From an uncultured Gammaproteobacteria bacterium (GTDB lineage: Bacteria; Pseudomonadota; Gammaproteobacteria; GCA-001735895), in contig CAXMRQ010000181.1 in NCBI GenBank assembly GCA_964196115.1, forward strand, positions 223-64,222: a DNA stretch of 64,000 nt. Direction: 5' to 3'. This document shows positions 8,812-19,257 of the stretch, one piece after another; positions within the stretch are counted from its first letter, which is position 1, and every line of letters begins with the position of its first letter. The notes below the pieces were generated by a model. That model searched no databases. It had not been told where the DNA came from and saw only the letters and a list, made by a program, of their open reading frames with translations. The position numbers and the translations under genes were made by a program.

Positions 8812-10548
8812 TCAGGCCTCGTGTTCTTCGCGTCGTAAGTCATGTAGAGAATCGAGATAACTACCGATTACGCTACTCTCCGGCATGGCGCCAAGATACT
8901 TTCCAGTTTGGGAGTGCACCACTGGCACGGCTTCGCCGATGTAGTCACGCATTGCTTCCATTGCACCCCACAGGCTGGTGGTTTCGTCGAATATCAGGCT
9001 TTGATGTAATGCCAGCGAATCGATACTGGCAGTCGGCCCGCAATCGCTCAACTGATCCTGATGCAGCAACCCCAGGTAGCGCTCGTCACTATCGACAATA
9101 ACCGCTGTCTGAAGTGAAATCGAGCGTAGCTGCTCGATTGCTGATTCTCCAGGCTGTTTGCTATGCAGCTTAGGAAGTAGCTGGGTTAAATGATCTACCA
9201 CGCGTTGATGCTGTAGATAGGCCCGATCACGGCCGTGCGATAAATCAACCCCGCGCTCGGCCAGTTGTCTATCGAATAGAGATCGCCCGTACCAGTGATG
9301 CGCAGTCAGATTGGAGAAGGCAACAGTCACCATCGCGGCAATAGTAATCTCGTAACTGTGAGTCAATTCAAAAATGATCAACAACGCTGTCATCGGCGCA
9401 CCGATAACCGGGCTGGCGACAGCGACCATGCCGCATATCGCATAAACGGATAGTTCGGAATAATGGCTAAGCAGCAGCTCGGGAATCGTAATCGCAAAAA
9501 GCGCACCGAACAGGACGCCGACCAGCAATGCCGGGAATATGACCCCGCCGGCAAATCCGAAGCCGATGCATAAAACCGTGACTAGCAATTTAGCAACCAG
9601 AATCGTCAACAGTTCTTCTGCACTGAATAATCCCGGGATGCTGGCCATGTTCATTAAATCTACCCCGGCACCGAGCACATCGGGAATTTGCAATGCCACC
9701 AGACCGAGCAGAAAACCGGCAATCATTGGCTTACAGGCTGCAGGGACTGAAATTTTATGTGCAATATCGCGCGATACTTTTAATAATTTCATGAACACGA
9801 CCGCGAGTACCCCGCAGGCGATTCCTTCCAGCACAAATAGCAAAAATTCAGACGCCTGGTACATGTGCTGGAATTCAAATAGAAATAACGGTGGGTGTTC
9901 GAACACGACATTCGCAACAACAAAGCCACAGGCTGAGGCGACTGTTACGGCAGTAAAAATTCGTAGCGAATAGTGGCGTAGAATCACTTCATGGGTGAAG
10001 ATTAATCCCGCAATCGGTGCATTAAACGCGGTCGAAATAGCCGCTGCAACACCGCAGGCAATTGCCGTACTACTGATATCGCGTACCCCGAGCCGCAGTC
10101 GGCTTGCAAGTTGGCCGACCAGCGAGCCTAAATAAACCAGCGGGCCATACTGGCCTACCGATGCGCCGCAACCCAGAGACAGGATAGAGGCTAATGTGGA
10201 AAAGGCACCCGATACCGGGCTGGGTAGTTTTTCACGCAATTGCACTGCGTAAATGGTATCGGGTGGCCCCAGTGGTCTTCCGCTTTTGACGCCGTAGCGC
10301 AATATCAGGCCGACGATTAATCCGCCGATGGTAGGAACCAGAATGGTAATCACTGTCAGAGTGCCGGGTTGCACACCGGTTCTACTTTCCGTACTGATGT
10401 AAAGCGCGCGATTGAGCCAGTGAACCAGGTCGACAAAACCGATAGTCGCAAATGAAGTGATTGTGCCGACCACCAAACCGATTAAAGCGATCACCAGCAT
10501 GCGATAAATGGTCGTATGGGCCTTAATTTTTTCCTGGTCTTGGCGCAT
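8812..10548 (-). CDS. CLC-family chloride channel/transporter with C-terminal CBS-like domains
   Basis: Multi-TM protein with GASVGQYGP, AFNAPIAG and GGVIFP motifs. Confidence 0.85.
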   Translation of the reverse strand: MRQDQEKIKAHTTIYRMLVIALIGLVVGTITSFATIGFVDLVHWLNRALYISTESRTGVQPGTLTVITILVPTIGGLIVGLILRYGVKSGRPLGPPDTIYAVQLREKLPSPVSGAFSTLASILSLGCGASVGQYGPLVYLGSLVGQLASRLRLGVRDISSTAIACGVAAAISTAFNAPIAGLIFTHEVILRHYSLRIFTAVTVASACGFVVANVVFEHPPLFLFEFQHMYQASEFLLFVLEGIACGVLAVVFMKLLKVSRDIAHKISVPAACKPMIAGFLLGLVALQIPDVLGAGVDLMNMASIPGLFSAEELLTILVAKLLVTVLCIGFGFAGGVIFPALLVGVLFGALFAITIPELLLSHYSELSVYAICGMVAVASPVIGAPMTALLIIFELTHSYEITIAAMVTVAFSNLTAHHWYGRSLFDRQLAERGVDLSHGRDRAYLQHQRVVDHLTQLLPKLHSKQPGESAIEQLRSISLQTAVIVDSDERYLGLLHQDQLSDCGPTASIDSLALHQSLIFDETTSLWGAMEAMRDYIGEAVPVVHSQTGKYLGAMPESSVIGSYLDSLHDLRREEHEA

Positions 10549-10568
10549 TTTTCAGAATGCCGGTAGGG

Positions 10569-10985
10569 TTATAGTTGGCTCAGGCATGCCAGATAAGCGT
10601 CTTCGTCTGGCATTTGATTGTGTCGTTGGGCGTTCCATAAGGCTTGCCCGAGGCACTCCATCATCGCGTGCTCAGTTTGATGAATTCCCTGTCGTTGAAC
10701 CAGTTTCTGATAGATAGCCTGGATGCCACTCGGTCGGTCGCCACCGGCCTGTTCGCGCAGAGTGATGTGCATACCCATATGCAAAAACGGATTGGTCTGA
10801 CCATCTTCCGGCGCAAAGTCCTGCTCTACCGCTGATTCTCCCTTATCCAGCAACGGCTGATACTCGGGATGCAGTTTAATTACGTCGGCGATTATCGCTT
10901 CCAATGGTTCAAGCAGCGCCTGGTTTTGCATTTTTTGCCAGACCTTAAGGTAAATCTGGCGGATTTCATCGCGTGACTGGAACAT
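10569..10985 (-). CDS. DUF1841-family protein
   Basis: HPEY...NPFLHMGMH...H..MECL pattern. Confidence 0.8.
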   Translation of the reverse strand: MFQSRDEIRQIYLKVWQKMQNQALLEPLEAIIADVIKLHPEYQPLLDKGESAVEQDFAPEDGQTNPFLHMGMHITLREQAGGDRPSGIQAIYQKLVQRQGIHQTEHAMMECLGQALWNAQRHNQMPDEDAYLACLSQL

Positions 10986-10987
10986 AG

Positions 10988-11623
10988 TTAATCCGATGTC
11001 TTTTGCTTAAATTCGCACAGGTCTTCGATCACACAACTGCCGCAACGCGGTTTTCGCGCGATGCAGGTGTATCGACCGTGCAGAATCAGCCAGTGGTGGG
11101 CGTCGATCTTGTACTCGTCGGGCACGAATTTGAGTAGTTTCTTCTCGACCTCGACAACGTCCTTACCGGGTGCAATGCCGGTACGGTTTGATACACGAAA
11201 GATATGCGTATCGACAGCAATTGTTGGATGGCCAAACGCAGTATTCAAAATCACGTTGGCGGTTTTCCGACCAACGCCGGGCAGGGCTTCGAGCGCAGCG
11301 CGATCTTCGGGTACTACGGAATTATGTTTATCAATCAGGATGCGACAGGTGGCGATGGTATTTTTTGCTTTCGAATTAAATAACCCGATGGTTCTGATGT
11401 ATTGCTTTAAACCATCCTCGCCCAGTGCGAGTATTTTTTCCGGCGTATTCGCCACTGCGTAGAGTTTTATGGTCGCTTTATTGACGCTGACATCGGTAGC
11501 CTGAGCTGATAGCAATACCGAAATTAGCAGCTCGAAGTTCGAATTGTAGTCAAGTTCGGTACCGGGCTTTTCGATATGCGCCTGGAAGCGAATAAAAATT
11601 TCCTCGCGTTTCGATTTGTTCAT
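10988..11623 (-). CDS. nth: Endonuclease III
   Basis: [17 protein letters not shown] HhH motif and C-x6-C-x2-C-x5-C cluster. Confidence 0.97.
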   Translation of the reverse strand: MNKSKREEIFIRFQAHIEKPGTELDYNSNFELLISVLLSAQATDVSVNKATIKLYAVANTPEKILALGEDGLKQYIRTIGLFNSKAKNTIATCRILIDKHNSVVPEDRAALEALPGVGRKTANVILNTAFGHPTIAVDTHIFRVSNRTGIAPGKDVVEVEKKLLKFVPDEYKIDAHHWLILHGRYTCIARKPRCGSCVIEDLCEFKQKTSD

Positions 11624-12294
11624 GCCGTCTCGGGCAGGTTTTCAATCGGAACAACTTTTTCGCTTTTACGGGCGCCGATAATATTCTTTGCGACGATAAG
11701 TAGCGCGAGCCCGAAAAAAGCGCCCGGTGGTAAGGCTGCCAGCAGAAATCCCCGGTATTCATCGTTAAAAACGATAGTGAGAACTTTGGCCGGTTCACCG
11801 AACATCAGATCGGCGTGAGAGAACAGCGTGCCGAAACCGATGATTTCGCGCATCCCTCCGAGCAGGCTTAACACAATCAGAAATCCCAGTCCCATCATGA
11901 ACCCATCCAGAGCGGCGATGCCAACCGGATTCTTCGAGGCAAATCCTTCAGCGCGCCCGATGATCGCGCAGTTGGTGACAATCAGCGGTATGAAAATTCC
12001 CAGCACCAGGTAGAGATCGTAAAACATCGCTTTCATGGTCAATTCTATGATCGTCACGATGCTGGCGATAATCAGTACAAATACCGGCAGGCGCACCTCG
12101 TTACGCACGAATCCGCGAATCAGTGAAACCAGCGTGTTGGACAAAACCAGGGTAATCAGTGTAGCGATGCCGAGACCAATGCCATTAACGACGGTACTGG
12201 TGACCGCGAGCAGTGGGCATAAGCCGAGCAGTTGCACCAGCGCCACATTGTTGGTCCATAAACCGTTCTGAGATATTTCCTGTTTGCTTGCCAT
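11620..12294 (-). CDS. rnfE: Rnf complex subunit E
   Basis: [15 protein letters not shown] and LPPGAF motifs; operon position. Confidence 0.95.
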   Translation of the reverse strand: MASKQEISQNGLWTNNVALVQLLGLCPLLAVTSTVVNGIGLGIATLITLVLSNTLVSLIRGFVRNEVRLPVFVLIIASIVTIIELTMKAMFYDLYLVLGIFIPLIVTNCAIIGRAEGFASKNPVGIAALDGFMMGLGFLIVLSLLGGMREIIGFGTLFSHADLMFGEPAKVLTIVFNDEYRGFLLAALPPGAFFGLALLIVAKNIIGARKSEKVVPIENLPETA

Positions 12295-12312
12295 GAATTG
12301 ATCAACCGCTCA

Positions 12313-12921
12313 TTAAAATATCGTTGTTGCGTTCTGTTGGTAGTATATCAGCGTATTTTTCACCGCCTGAACTACGGCACGCGGACTGATAGTAGCGCCG
12401 GTGAACTGATCGAATACGCCGCCATCACGTTTTACCAGCCAGGCTCCACGAGTCGGATTGTCGAGCGATTTACCGTTAAAGTCGAGCACCCAGTTGGACT
12501 TTTTTATTTCCAGGGCATCCCCGAGCCCGGGTGTTTCGGCGTGTTTTACTGCCCTGACTCCGGCAATTTTACCGTCGACATAGACGCCGACCAGCAGGTG
12601 AATCTTACCGCTATAACCGTCCGGCGCGATACTGTTAAATATTGCAGCGACTGGTTCCCCCCGAAGGCGAGCCCGGTAAACCACGCTTTCGCTTTCGCTG
12701 CCGAGTAATTCAGATGCCGGAATCAAAAGCGTATCGGTGACGATATCGTTATCGAGTTTTTCTGCGGATAACAACGCATGCAGGTTACGTAACAGTACGC
12801 GGCGTTCATTTTCGGCGATGGCTGCACGAGTATTGTGTTCCGTTACTGCGACAAAACTGGTGCCGACGACTGCGAACAGGCTGAGGAATAAACCGGAAAG
12901 TAGAATCTGCCGACTACTCAT
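12313..12921 (-). CDS. rnfG: Rnf complex subunit G
   Basis: ETPGLGD and FTGATIS FMN-attachment motif. Confidence 0.95.
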   Translation of the reverse strand: MSSRQILLSGLFLSLFAVVGTSFVAVTEHNTRAAIAENERRVLLRNLHALLSAEKLDNDIVTDTLLIPASELLGSESESVVYRARLRGEPVAAIFNSIAPDGYSGKIHLLVGVYVDGKIAGVRAVKHAETPGLGDALEIKKSNWVLDFNGKSLDNPTRGAWLVKRDGGVFDQFTGATISPRAVVQAVKNTLIYYQQNATTIF

Positions 12922-13954
12922 CTTTACCCTGGGTATCCGCGCCGTACACTCTCGGTTGGGTGTAATAATCGATTAGTGGTACGCACATATTCGCGAGTAA
13001 AACCGCGAATGCAATGCCATCCGGGTAACCGCCCCAGCTTCGAATTACATACACCAGGAAGCCGATTAAAAAGCCATAGACGACGCGGCCTTTATCGGTA
13101 GTGGCCGCGGTAACCGGGTCGGTGGCGATGAAAAATGCGCCGATTAATATACTACCTGAAAACAGATGGAACAGAGGTGAGGCAATAGTGTCGGGAGCGG
13201 AGAGATAAAATACCAGCGCAATAAAGCTGGTGCTGACCAATACTGTTACTGGTATATGCCATTTGATCGTGCGGGTATATAAAAGCCAGAGTCCGCCGAC
13301 TAACCAGCCTCCTGCAATCCATTCCCAGCCGAACGCGATAAAATTGCCGAATACAGGTGACTGACGGATTTCGCTGATCGGTATATTTTGACCCGACAGG
13401 GTCTTGAACTGATCCAGTGGGGTTGCTGAACTGAGCGCGTCCCATTGTTGGATATCGGCGAGGCCAAACGCATAGGCAATAGCGTCAAAGAATCCAATCG
13501 ATTCGCCGCTAATTTCGATTGGCAGGTACCAGGTAGTCATTTCGCGTGGAAACGAGATCAGTAATACCACATAGCCGACCATCGCCGGGTTGAACGGATT
13601 AAAGCCGAGGCCACCGTACAAATGCTTGCCCGCGATCATGGTAAAACCGATGCCGACCGCGACCAGCCACCAGGGCGAATGCATTGGCAGGCAGAGCGCG
13701 AATAACCAGGCCGCGACAACCGCGCTGTAATCGTTTAAATGTGATTTAACCGGTTTATTGCGCAGCTTCAGGATCGCCGCTTCGAATCCGAGGGCGAAGA
13801 TGACAGCCAGGGTAATATTAATCAGGACGCCGACACCGAAAAACCAGACATAGGCGAGCGTGCCCGGCAGCAGACCGATAATAACGTTAATCATCAAACG
13901 CCTGAGTGAGTTGCTTGGTGAGACAAAGGGTGAGGAGATAACAACCTGGGTCAT
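12914..13954 (-). CDS. rnfD: Rnf complex subunit D
   Basis: YGGLGFNPFNPA, SATPL and ATDPVT motifs. Confidence 0.95.
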   Translation of the reverse strand: MTQVVISSPFVSPSNSLRRLMINVIIGLLPGTLAYVWFFGVGVLINITLAVIFALGFEAAILKLRNKPVKSHLNDYSAVVAAWLFALCLPMHSPWWLVAVGIGFTMIAGKHLYGGLGFNPFNPAMVGYVVLLISFPREMTTWYLPIEISGESIGFFDAIAYAFGLADIQQWDALSSATPLDQFKTLSGQNIPISEIRQSPVFGNFIAFGWEWIAGGWLVGGLWLLYTRTIKWHIPVTVLVSTSFIALVFYLSAPDTIASPLFHLFSGSILIGAFFIATDPVTAATTDKGRVVYGFLIGFLVYVIRSWGGYPDGIAFAVLLANMCVPLIDYYTQPRVYGADTQGKDE

Positions 13955-15612
13955 GTTCGTTGCTCACGAGCGGCGCGTCGCCGGGCATCGGCCTGCTCGA
14001 TTTTTTGTTGCTGATCAGGCGTTAGATTGGTAGTGTTTTTAAGGGTTTGTGTACCCTCCAGAGCCTGTTTTTTAGCCTTCACTCGTTCCAGTGCTGCCTG
14101 CACCGGGTCGACAGTGGAATCTCCATTTAGTTTTTGTGGTTGTTTTTTCTTCAAGGCCTCGCGCTTCAGACGTTTGCGTTCCTCGTCCTGCTGTTTTTTC
14201 AACAGTAGCCGCTTTTCGCGGAATTCGAACCGTATGCGCGCACGATCCGATTTGAACTGTGCCTGCTGCGCGGCACGTATTTCGCTTTTGGCCGCGCGAT
14301 AATATTGCACCAGCGGAATTTCACTCGGACAAACCGCCGAGCAGCAGCCACACTCGATACAATCGAACAGGCTATATTCCTCGACCTTATCATAGGTCCT
14401 GGCGCGCGCGTGCCAGTAGAGCTGCTGGGGTAACAATTGCGCGGGGCAGACATCGGTGCACCTGGCGCAGCGTACACATTCATCGTGATTATCCAGCCGT
14501 TGTGCAAACGTCTGTTGATGCATGACCAGAATATTGTTGCTTGCCTTAACAATCGGCGCCCGATCACTCGGCAGGGTAAATCCCATCATCGGGCCACCCA
14601 TCACCAGATGTCGATGTGCCTGATCGTCGAGATAACCACCGGCGAGCTCGACTAAGTGTCGAACCGGAGTACCGAGACGAGCCTCCCAGTTACCCGGTTG
14701 TCGTATAGCGTCACCGGAAAGTGTGACAATGCGCGAGGTCAAGGCTTCATCCTGGTCCAGGGCGCGGCTTATCGCTACGCAGGTGCCTACATTCTGGCAA
14801 AACATACCGATGTCGAAAGCCAGCTTTCCTTTCGGTATTTCCCTGCCGGTCAAAATCTGGATCAACTGCTTTTCACCACCCGATGGATACAGGGTTGGTA
14901 TCATCACAATTCGTGTATTCGCGAGGGGGTTGGAATCGAGCGCGAGTTGCATTGATTGAATCGCTTTCGGCTTGTCATTTTCGATACCGATCAAGGTAGA
15001 TTTAGGTTTAAAAATTTGCTGTAGATAGCCGATGCCGCGCAAAATCTCATCGCTGTAAGTTTGCATCAGTATGTCATCGCAGCTGATATAGGGTTCGCAT
15101 TCGACGCCATTGATCACCAGCGTATCGATCCCCTGGCTCTGCGCACGCGACAATTTGGCTGCGGTTGGAAATACCGCTCCCCCGAGACCGACAATACCGG
15201 CATCGCGAATCCGCGCGATTAAATCGACAACGCTCAGGCTGGCAGGGTCGACCGCCGCAGACTCCAGACATTCATCCTTGCCGTCGACGTCAATGACGAT
15301 ACAGTCACTCGACTGACCGGAAGGATGGGGTACCGGATGGGGTGCAATTTCGCGAATTTTTCCAGATGTTGGCGCGTGTATCGCTGCGCTAATCGGTGAT
15401 GAGCTGTCGGCGATCAACTGACCACGTAAAACCCGGTCTCCCGGACTCACCAGTGGTTTATTGGTTTCACCGATATGTTGTTTTAATGGCAGAATCAATT
15501 GTTCAGCTAGCGTGGCCTGTTGCAAAGGCTGGCCCATCGACTCGGCCTTGTACCCTTCCAGCCGCATACCACCATGCATGTGATGGAGTTTGTATTGCGA
15601 CTTATTGTCCAT
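13951..15612 (-). CDS. rnfC: Rnf complex subunit C
   Basis: [16 protein letters not shown] and two CxxCxxC ferredoxin motifs. Start placed at MDNKSQ (15612), overlapping the rnfB stop. Confidence 0.93.
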   Translation of the reverse strand: MDNKSQYKLHHMHGGMRLEGYKAESMGQPLQQATLAEQLILPLKQHIGETNKPLVSPGDRVLRGQLIADSSSPISAAIHAPTSGKIREIAPHPVPHPSGQSSDCIVIDVDGKDECLESAAVDPASLSVVDLIARIRDAGIVGLGGAVFPTAAKLSRAQSQGIDTLVINGVECEPYISCDDILMQTYSDEILRGIGYLQQIFKPKSTLIGIENDKPKAIQSMQLALDSNPLANTRIVMIPTLYPSGGEKQLIQILTGREIPKGKLAFDIGMFCQNVGTCVAISRALDQDEALTSRIVTLSGDAIRQPGNWEARLGTPVRHLVELAGGYLDDQAHRHLVMGGPMMGFTLPSDRAPIVKASNNILVMHQQTFAQRLDNHDECVRCARCTDVCPAQLLPQQLYWHARARTYDKVEEYSLFDCIECGCCSAVCPSEIPLVQYYRAAKSEIRAAQQAQFKSDRARIRFEFREKRLLLKKQQDEERKRLKREALKKKQPQKLNGDSTVDPVQAALERVKAKKQALEGTQTLKNTTNLTPDQQQKIEQADARRRAAREQRT

Positions 15613-16162
15613 GCACGAGATCCTGCTGCTGTTGCGGCACAGACCATTTCCAGTCATCAATGGTTTGTTTAATCGGTACCATATCAATGCAATCGACCGG
15701 GCAGGGTGGCAGGCAAAGCTCGCAGCCGGTACATTCATCGGCGATCACCGTGTGCATGTGTTTTGCCGAACCGAGTATCGCATCCACCGGGCAGGCCTGA
15801 ATACACAGCGTGCAGCCGATGCAGGTCTGTTCATCGATGATCGCGACCAGTGGAATGTCATGGTGTTCGCCATGTTCTTCGTTGGGTTCTAGAACCTCGA
15901 GGTCGAGCAAATCGGCGAGTGCTACTATGGTTGCCTGGCCGCCGGGTGGGCACTGGTTAATCGGTGCTTCGCCGTTAGCAATCGCTTCCGCGTAGGGGCG
16001 ACAACCGGGGTAGGTGCACTGCCCGCACTGGGTTTGCGGTAACAGGGCATCGATTTGATCGACAATTGGATTGCCCTCAACCTTAAATCGAATCGCGGCG
16101 TATCCGAGGATTAGACCGAATAATCCGGCCATCAGGCTGATGGTGAGAATGGCGACTATCAT
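15602..16162 (-). CDS. rnfB: Rnf complex subunit B
   Basis: LPQTQCGQC and two 4Fe-4S motifs. Confidence 0.95.
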   Translation of the reverse strand: MIVAILTISLMAGLFGLILGYAAIRFKVEGNPIVDQIDALLPQTQCGQCTYPGCRPYAEAIANGEAPINQCPPGGQATIVALADLLDLEVLEPNEEHGEHHDIPLVAIIDEQTCIGCTLCIQACPVDAILGSAKHMHTVIADECTGCELCLPPCPVDCIDMVPIKQTIDDWKWSVPQQQQDLVHGQ

Positions 16163-16166
16163 CGAT

Positions 16167-16748
16167 TCAAACCTTGACTAATCCGCCTAGTCCCATAAAC
16201 GCCAGCGACATCAATCCTGCGGTTACCAGCCCGATTGCAGCACCCTGAAATGGAGCTGGCACATCGGCTACAATAATGCGCTCGCGCATTGCGGCGAATA
16301 ATATAAGCACCAGCGAAAACCCCAGTGCCGCACCAAATCCATAAATCGCGGATTCAATAAAACTATTCGCCTCCTGAACGTTAATCAGAGCGACACCAAG
16401 TACCGCGCAGTTGGTGGTAATCAGTGGCAGGAAAATTCCGAGTACGTTGTAGAGCAGAGGGCTGGTTTTGTGCACCACCAGTTCGGTGAAATTGACCACA
16501 GCGGCAATAGCGATGATAAACGCAATGGTGCGCAAAAATTCGAGACCGAGCGGAGCCAGGATCCAGCTATTGATCATATAACTCAAGATTGCCGACAGAG
16601 TTAGTACGAAAGTCGTTGCCGCACTCATACCGATGGCGGTCTCGACCTTGCGTGAAACTCCCATAAAAGGGCACAGGCCGAGAAATTTCACCAACACGAT
16701 ATTGTTGACGAAAACAGTGCCTACCAATAGAAGAAAATATTCAGACAT
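16167..16748 (-). CDS. rnfA: Rnf complex subunit A
   Basis: FLGLCPFMG and [10 protein letters not shown] motifs. Confidence 0.95.
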   Translation of the reverse strand: MSEYFLLLVGTVFVNNIVLVKFLGLCPFMGVSRKVETAIGMSAATTFVLTLSAILSYMINSWILAPLGLEFLRTIAFIIAIAAVVNFTELVVHKTSPLLYNVLGIFLPLITTNCAVLGVALINVQEANSFIESAIYGFGAALGFSLVLILFAAMRERIIVADVPAPFQGAAIGLVTAGLMSLAFMGLGGLVKV

Positions 16749-17010
16749 AGGCGCGTATTATAAAGTGTAGATGTTATGAAAAATACTGATTATATAAGGG
16801 GTTATTATTAAATTTAGGAATAGATGAATTAGATATTTGATAAGGCTTTAATCGTGTATTTTGAGATATTACAGGTTTACTGTTAGTGCTCGAATGATAT
16901 ATGTCAAACATCCGTTTTCCGGTGGTCATGCCGGACTCGATGCCAGTAGAGCAATGCGGGTTGGCAATCGGTGGGCTATGGCTTTGTAAAATGTAGACAG
17001 AAATTAGCCA

Positions 17011-17967
17011 CTATTCCGCAAATTCGCCGGGCTGCAAATCGGTGGCCTCGTTAATAAATTCGTCGATTGAAATTGTTGGCGACAAATGCCAGTTCAACGG
17101 GCTCAGGCTTTTCTGATAATTCGCCGCCGAACTGAAATCTTCAACAAACGAATTAATGGCGGGGTTTTGCATAATGGCCAGTACCGCAAAAGGACTGCTG
17201 ATCAGGATGGCTAGCAGGATACTTTTTCTATGTGCCAGGTGGGTGACATGAATCAGGTAAAAACTGACTGCAGCCGGAATGAATAATAGATACCATCCGA
17301 GGTTGAAAATCGAAATTGGCAGGTTGGAGGAAAACAGGTATGTCAGTTCGACTACCAGGGCCGATAGAATTTGGTAATTCAGATAGATCAGTGCAACCGA
17401 AATAATCAGAGGCTTGATTTCCCAGCGATTTACTAACAGGCGTTCCAGTATCGATAGCGTAGCTACGAACGCGGCAATGCTAAATACTGACTCTCTGAAT
17501 ACATATTTGATTAAATCATCCCATTTCAGGGTATTGTACGAGGTGAAGTAAAATTCCAGGGCCCCTGCCATAAAACACGAGGTAAGTAGCATCGCTGCCC
17601 ATCCCCAGTGGCCAAAAAGACGCTGCAAACGACCATGGCTGGTGAGCGATTTTGTTGCTGGGACGCGGTGACTACGGGATAGAATACGGGCTGAAATTCG
17701 TCCCAGGCTAAATTCTATCGGAAGCGTTTTAGATGTTATTATGTCTTCCTGCGTGTTATTAAACCTTGCGGGATTCACGCTTGCCAGGTTTTGTAATTCG
17801 ACCTTACCCTCGTCGTCGAGCAAGATCTTTAGGTGATAGGGTTCGACGGTGGGGTCGGATAGGATGATATCGTTGTCGAGTGCTCGACCGATGCGAAGCT
17901 CAGACTTATCTAGCGCATGGTAGCGGTGCAGACCCCTTGTTTTAATCTCGAGAATCAGCCCGTCCAC
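17011..17967 (-). CDS. FHA-domain membrane protein
   Basis: IGRALDNDIILSD...H...N FHA core followed by about 5 hydrophobic segments. Confidence 0.75.
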   Translation of the reverse strand: MDGLILEIKTRGLHRYHALDKSELRIGRALDNDIILSDPTVEPYHLKILLDDEGKVELQNLASVNPARFNNTQEDIITSKTLPIEFSLGRISARILSRSHRVPATKSLTSHGRLQRLFGHWGWAAMLLTSCFMAGALEFYFTSYNTLKWDDLIKYVFRESVFSIAAFVATLSILERLLVNRWEIKPLIISVALIYLNYQILSALVVELTYLFSSNLPISIFNLGWYLLFIPAAVSFYLIHVTHLAHRKSILLAILISSPFAVLAIMQNPAINSFVEDFSSAANYQKSLSPLNWHLSPTISIDEFINEATDLQPGEFAE

Positions 17968-19220
17968 AACACCTTCTCCAGAAATTTTTTGATCAGTGGC
18001 ACAGTCGCGTCAAAATCGGTCCCAGTCATAATAAAGGTGATAAAAAATCCTTTATTACCATACCCGGTCAGGGCTGCGGTAAACAGTACATCACTTAGTC
18101 CGTCGTATTCGACGTACTCGCGTCGGCACAGATTGGCCTTGAATTCTTCACCCGAAACATCAAGGAACCAGGTATCGCAGTTAAAGTTGCTGACTTCTTC
18201 CTGGCTTAGATTGTTTTCGATCTGATCTTTGTTGAGTTTTTCATATAGATTGTAAAAACGTATGGGGTCGAGCTGATCGGATTCGAGCCAGTAATACTCG
18301 TAAATCAGGTTTCCGACAAATTTGTTAGCATCGTCCAGATAAACGTGATTTTTATTCGCGCAACGGATCTGGAAGCGTTTAAATAACGCATTAGCCGTGA
18401 GCTTTGCACTATTGTCCCAACAGCGAATAGTGGGCGAAATGGTGCCGGGCAGACTCAATTGACGAAGTTGAATGGCAGGCCAGTCTGCGCCGAGTAGTTC
18501 TTTTATATAACCCTGCTCGTAGGCGAATAATTGGCTCGTTACCTCACTTTTCAAATCGTCGGATGAACTGATCCCGGAATCCTCGGCATTTGCGATCAGT
18601 TTCTTCAAAAATCTGGAGGGCACGATAAAGCTGATATCGTTGCGCGCAGTGGCGACGTTTATTCCTATCGCTTCGCCGTTTTCGTTGAATGTCGGTCCAC
18701 CGCTCATGCCGGGGTTGAGGCTGCCCGAAAATAATATTCGGCTATCATCGGTTTGGTTAAGAATGCCGCCGTTAGTGCCTACCGCGAGGCTAAGGCCGAG
18801 ATCGAGCGGATTACCCATCGCGAACACCGGTGCGCCCTTGGGCGGCAGGTCACTGGTGATAATCGCTTCGCCGAGGACTTTATCGGCGGTTAGTAACGCG
18901 AGGTCGTGAGCTACATCCAGTGCGGCCAGTTTGAGTTCGCCCGTGAGACCGTTTTTGTTCAAATAGGTTACATAAAATAGTTCCGGTTCCAGAATAATCT
19001 TGTTAATGACGTGGAAGTTAGTCGCAATCTGTCGACCGTTGCCGACGATAAAACCCGAACCGATACTCGATTTTTTACCAGTCTCCCGATTCAGTACACG
19101 TATCTGGAATATGCTGTTCTCGTGTAGCTGGTAGATTTTTTTCGATTCGAGCGCGATCGCTGGCTGGAATAATAAATACAGCAGGCAGGCGAGCAGGGAA
19201 AGCCCTGAAATTGGTTTCAT
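17955..19220 (-). CDS. Exported trypsin-like (S1) serine protease with C-terminal extension
   Basis: Signal peptide MKPISGLSLL...; GSGF, TNFHV, DLALL and PGMSGGP motifs. Confidence 0.85.
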   Translation of the reverse strand: MKPISGLSLLACLLYLLFQPAIALESKKIYQLHENSIFQIRVLNRETGKKSSIGSGFIVGNGRQIATNFHVINKIILEPELFYVTYLNKNGLTGELKLAALDVAHDLALLTADKVLGEAIITSDLPPKGAPVFAMGNPLDLGLSLAVGTNGGILNQTDDSRILFSGSLNPGMSGGPTFNENGEAIGINVATARNDISFIVPSRFLKKLIANAEDSGISSSDDLKSEVTSQLFAYEQGYIKELLGADWPAIQLRQLSLPGTISPTIRCWDNSAKLTANALFKRFQIRCANKNHVYLDDANKFVGNLIYEYYWLESDQLDPIRFYNLYEKLNKDQIENNLSQEEVSNFNCDTWFLDVSGEEFKANLCRREYVEYDGLSDVLFTAALTGYGNKGFFITFIMTGTDFDATVPLIKKFLEKVLWTG

Positions 19221-19257
19221 ACGTGAACTTCTGGATGGCTTCTGTGCAAAGTGAAGG

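Noticed and set aside
15613-15738. N-terminal extensions in the ORF track (rnfC; also metG, the protease, trhP, the nitrilase)
   Set aside because: They overlap upstream genes or repeats; family similarity starts at downstream ATGs.
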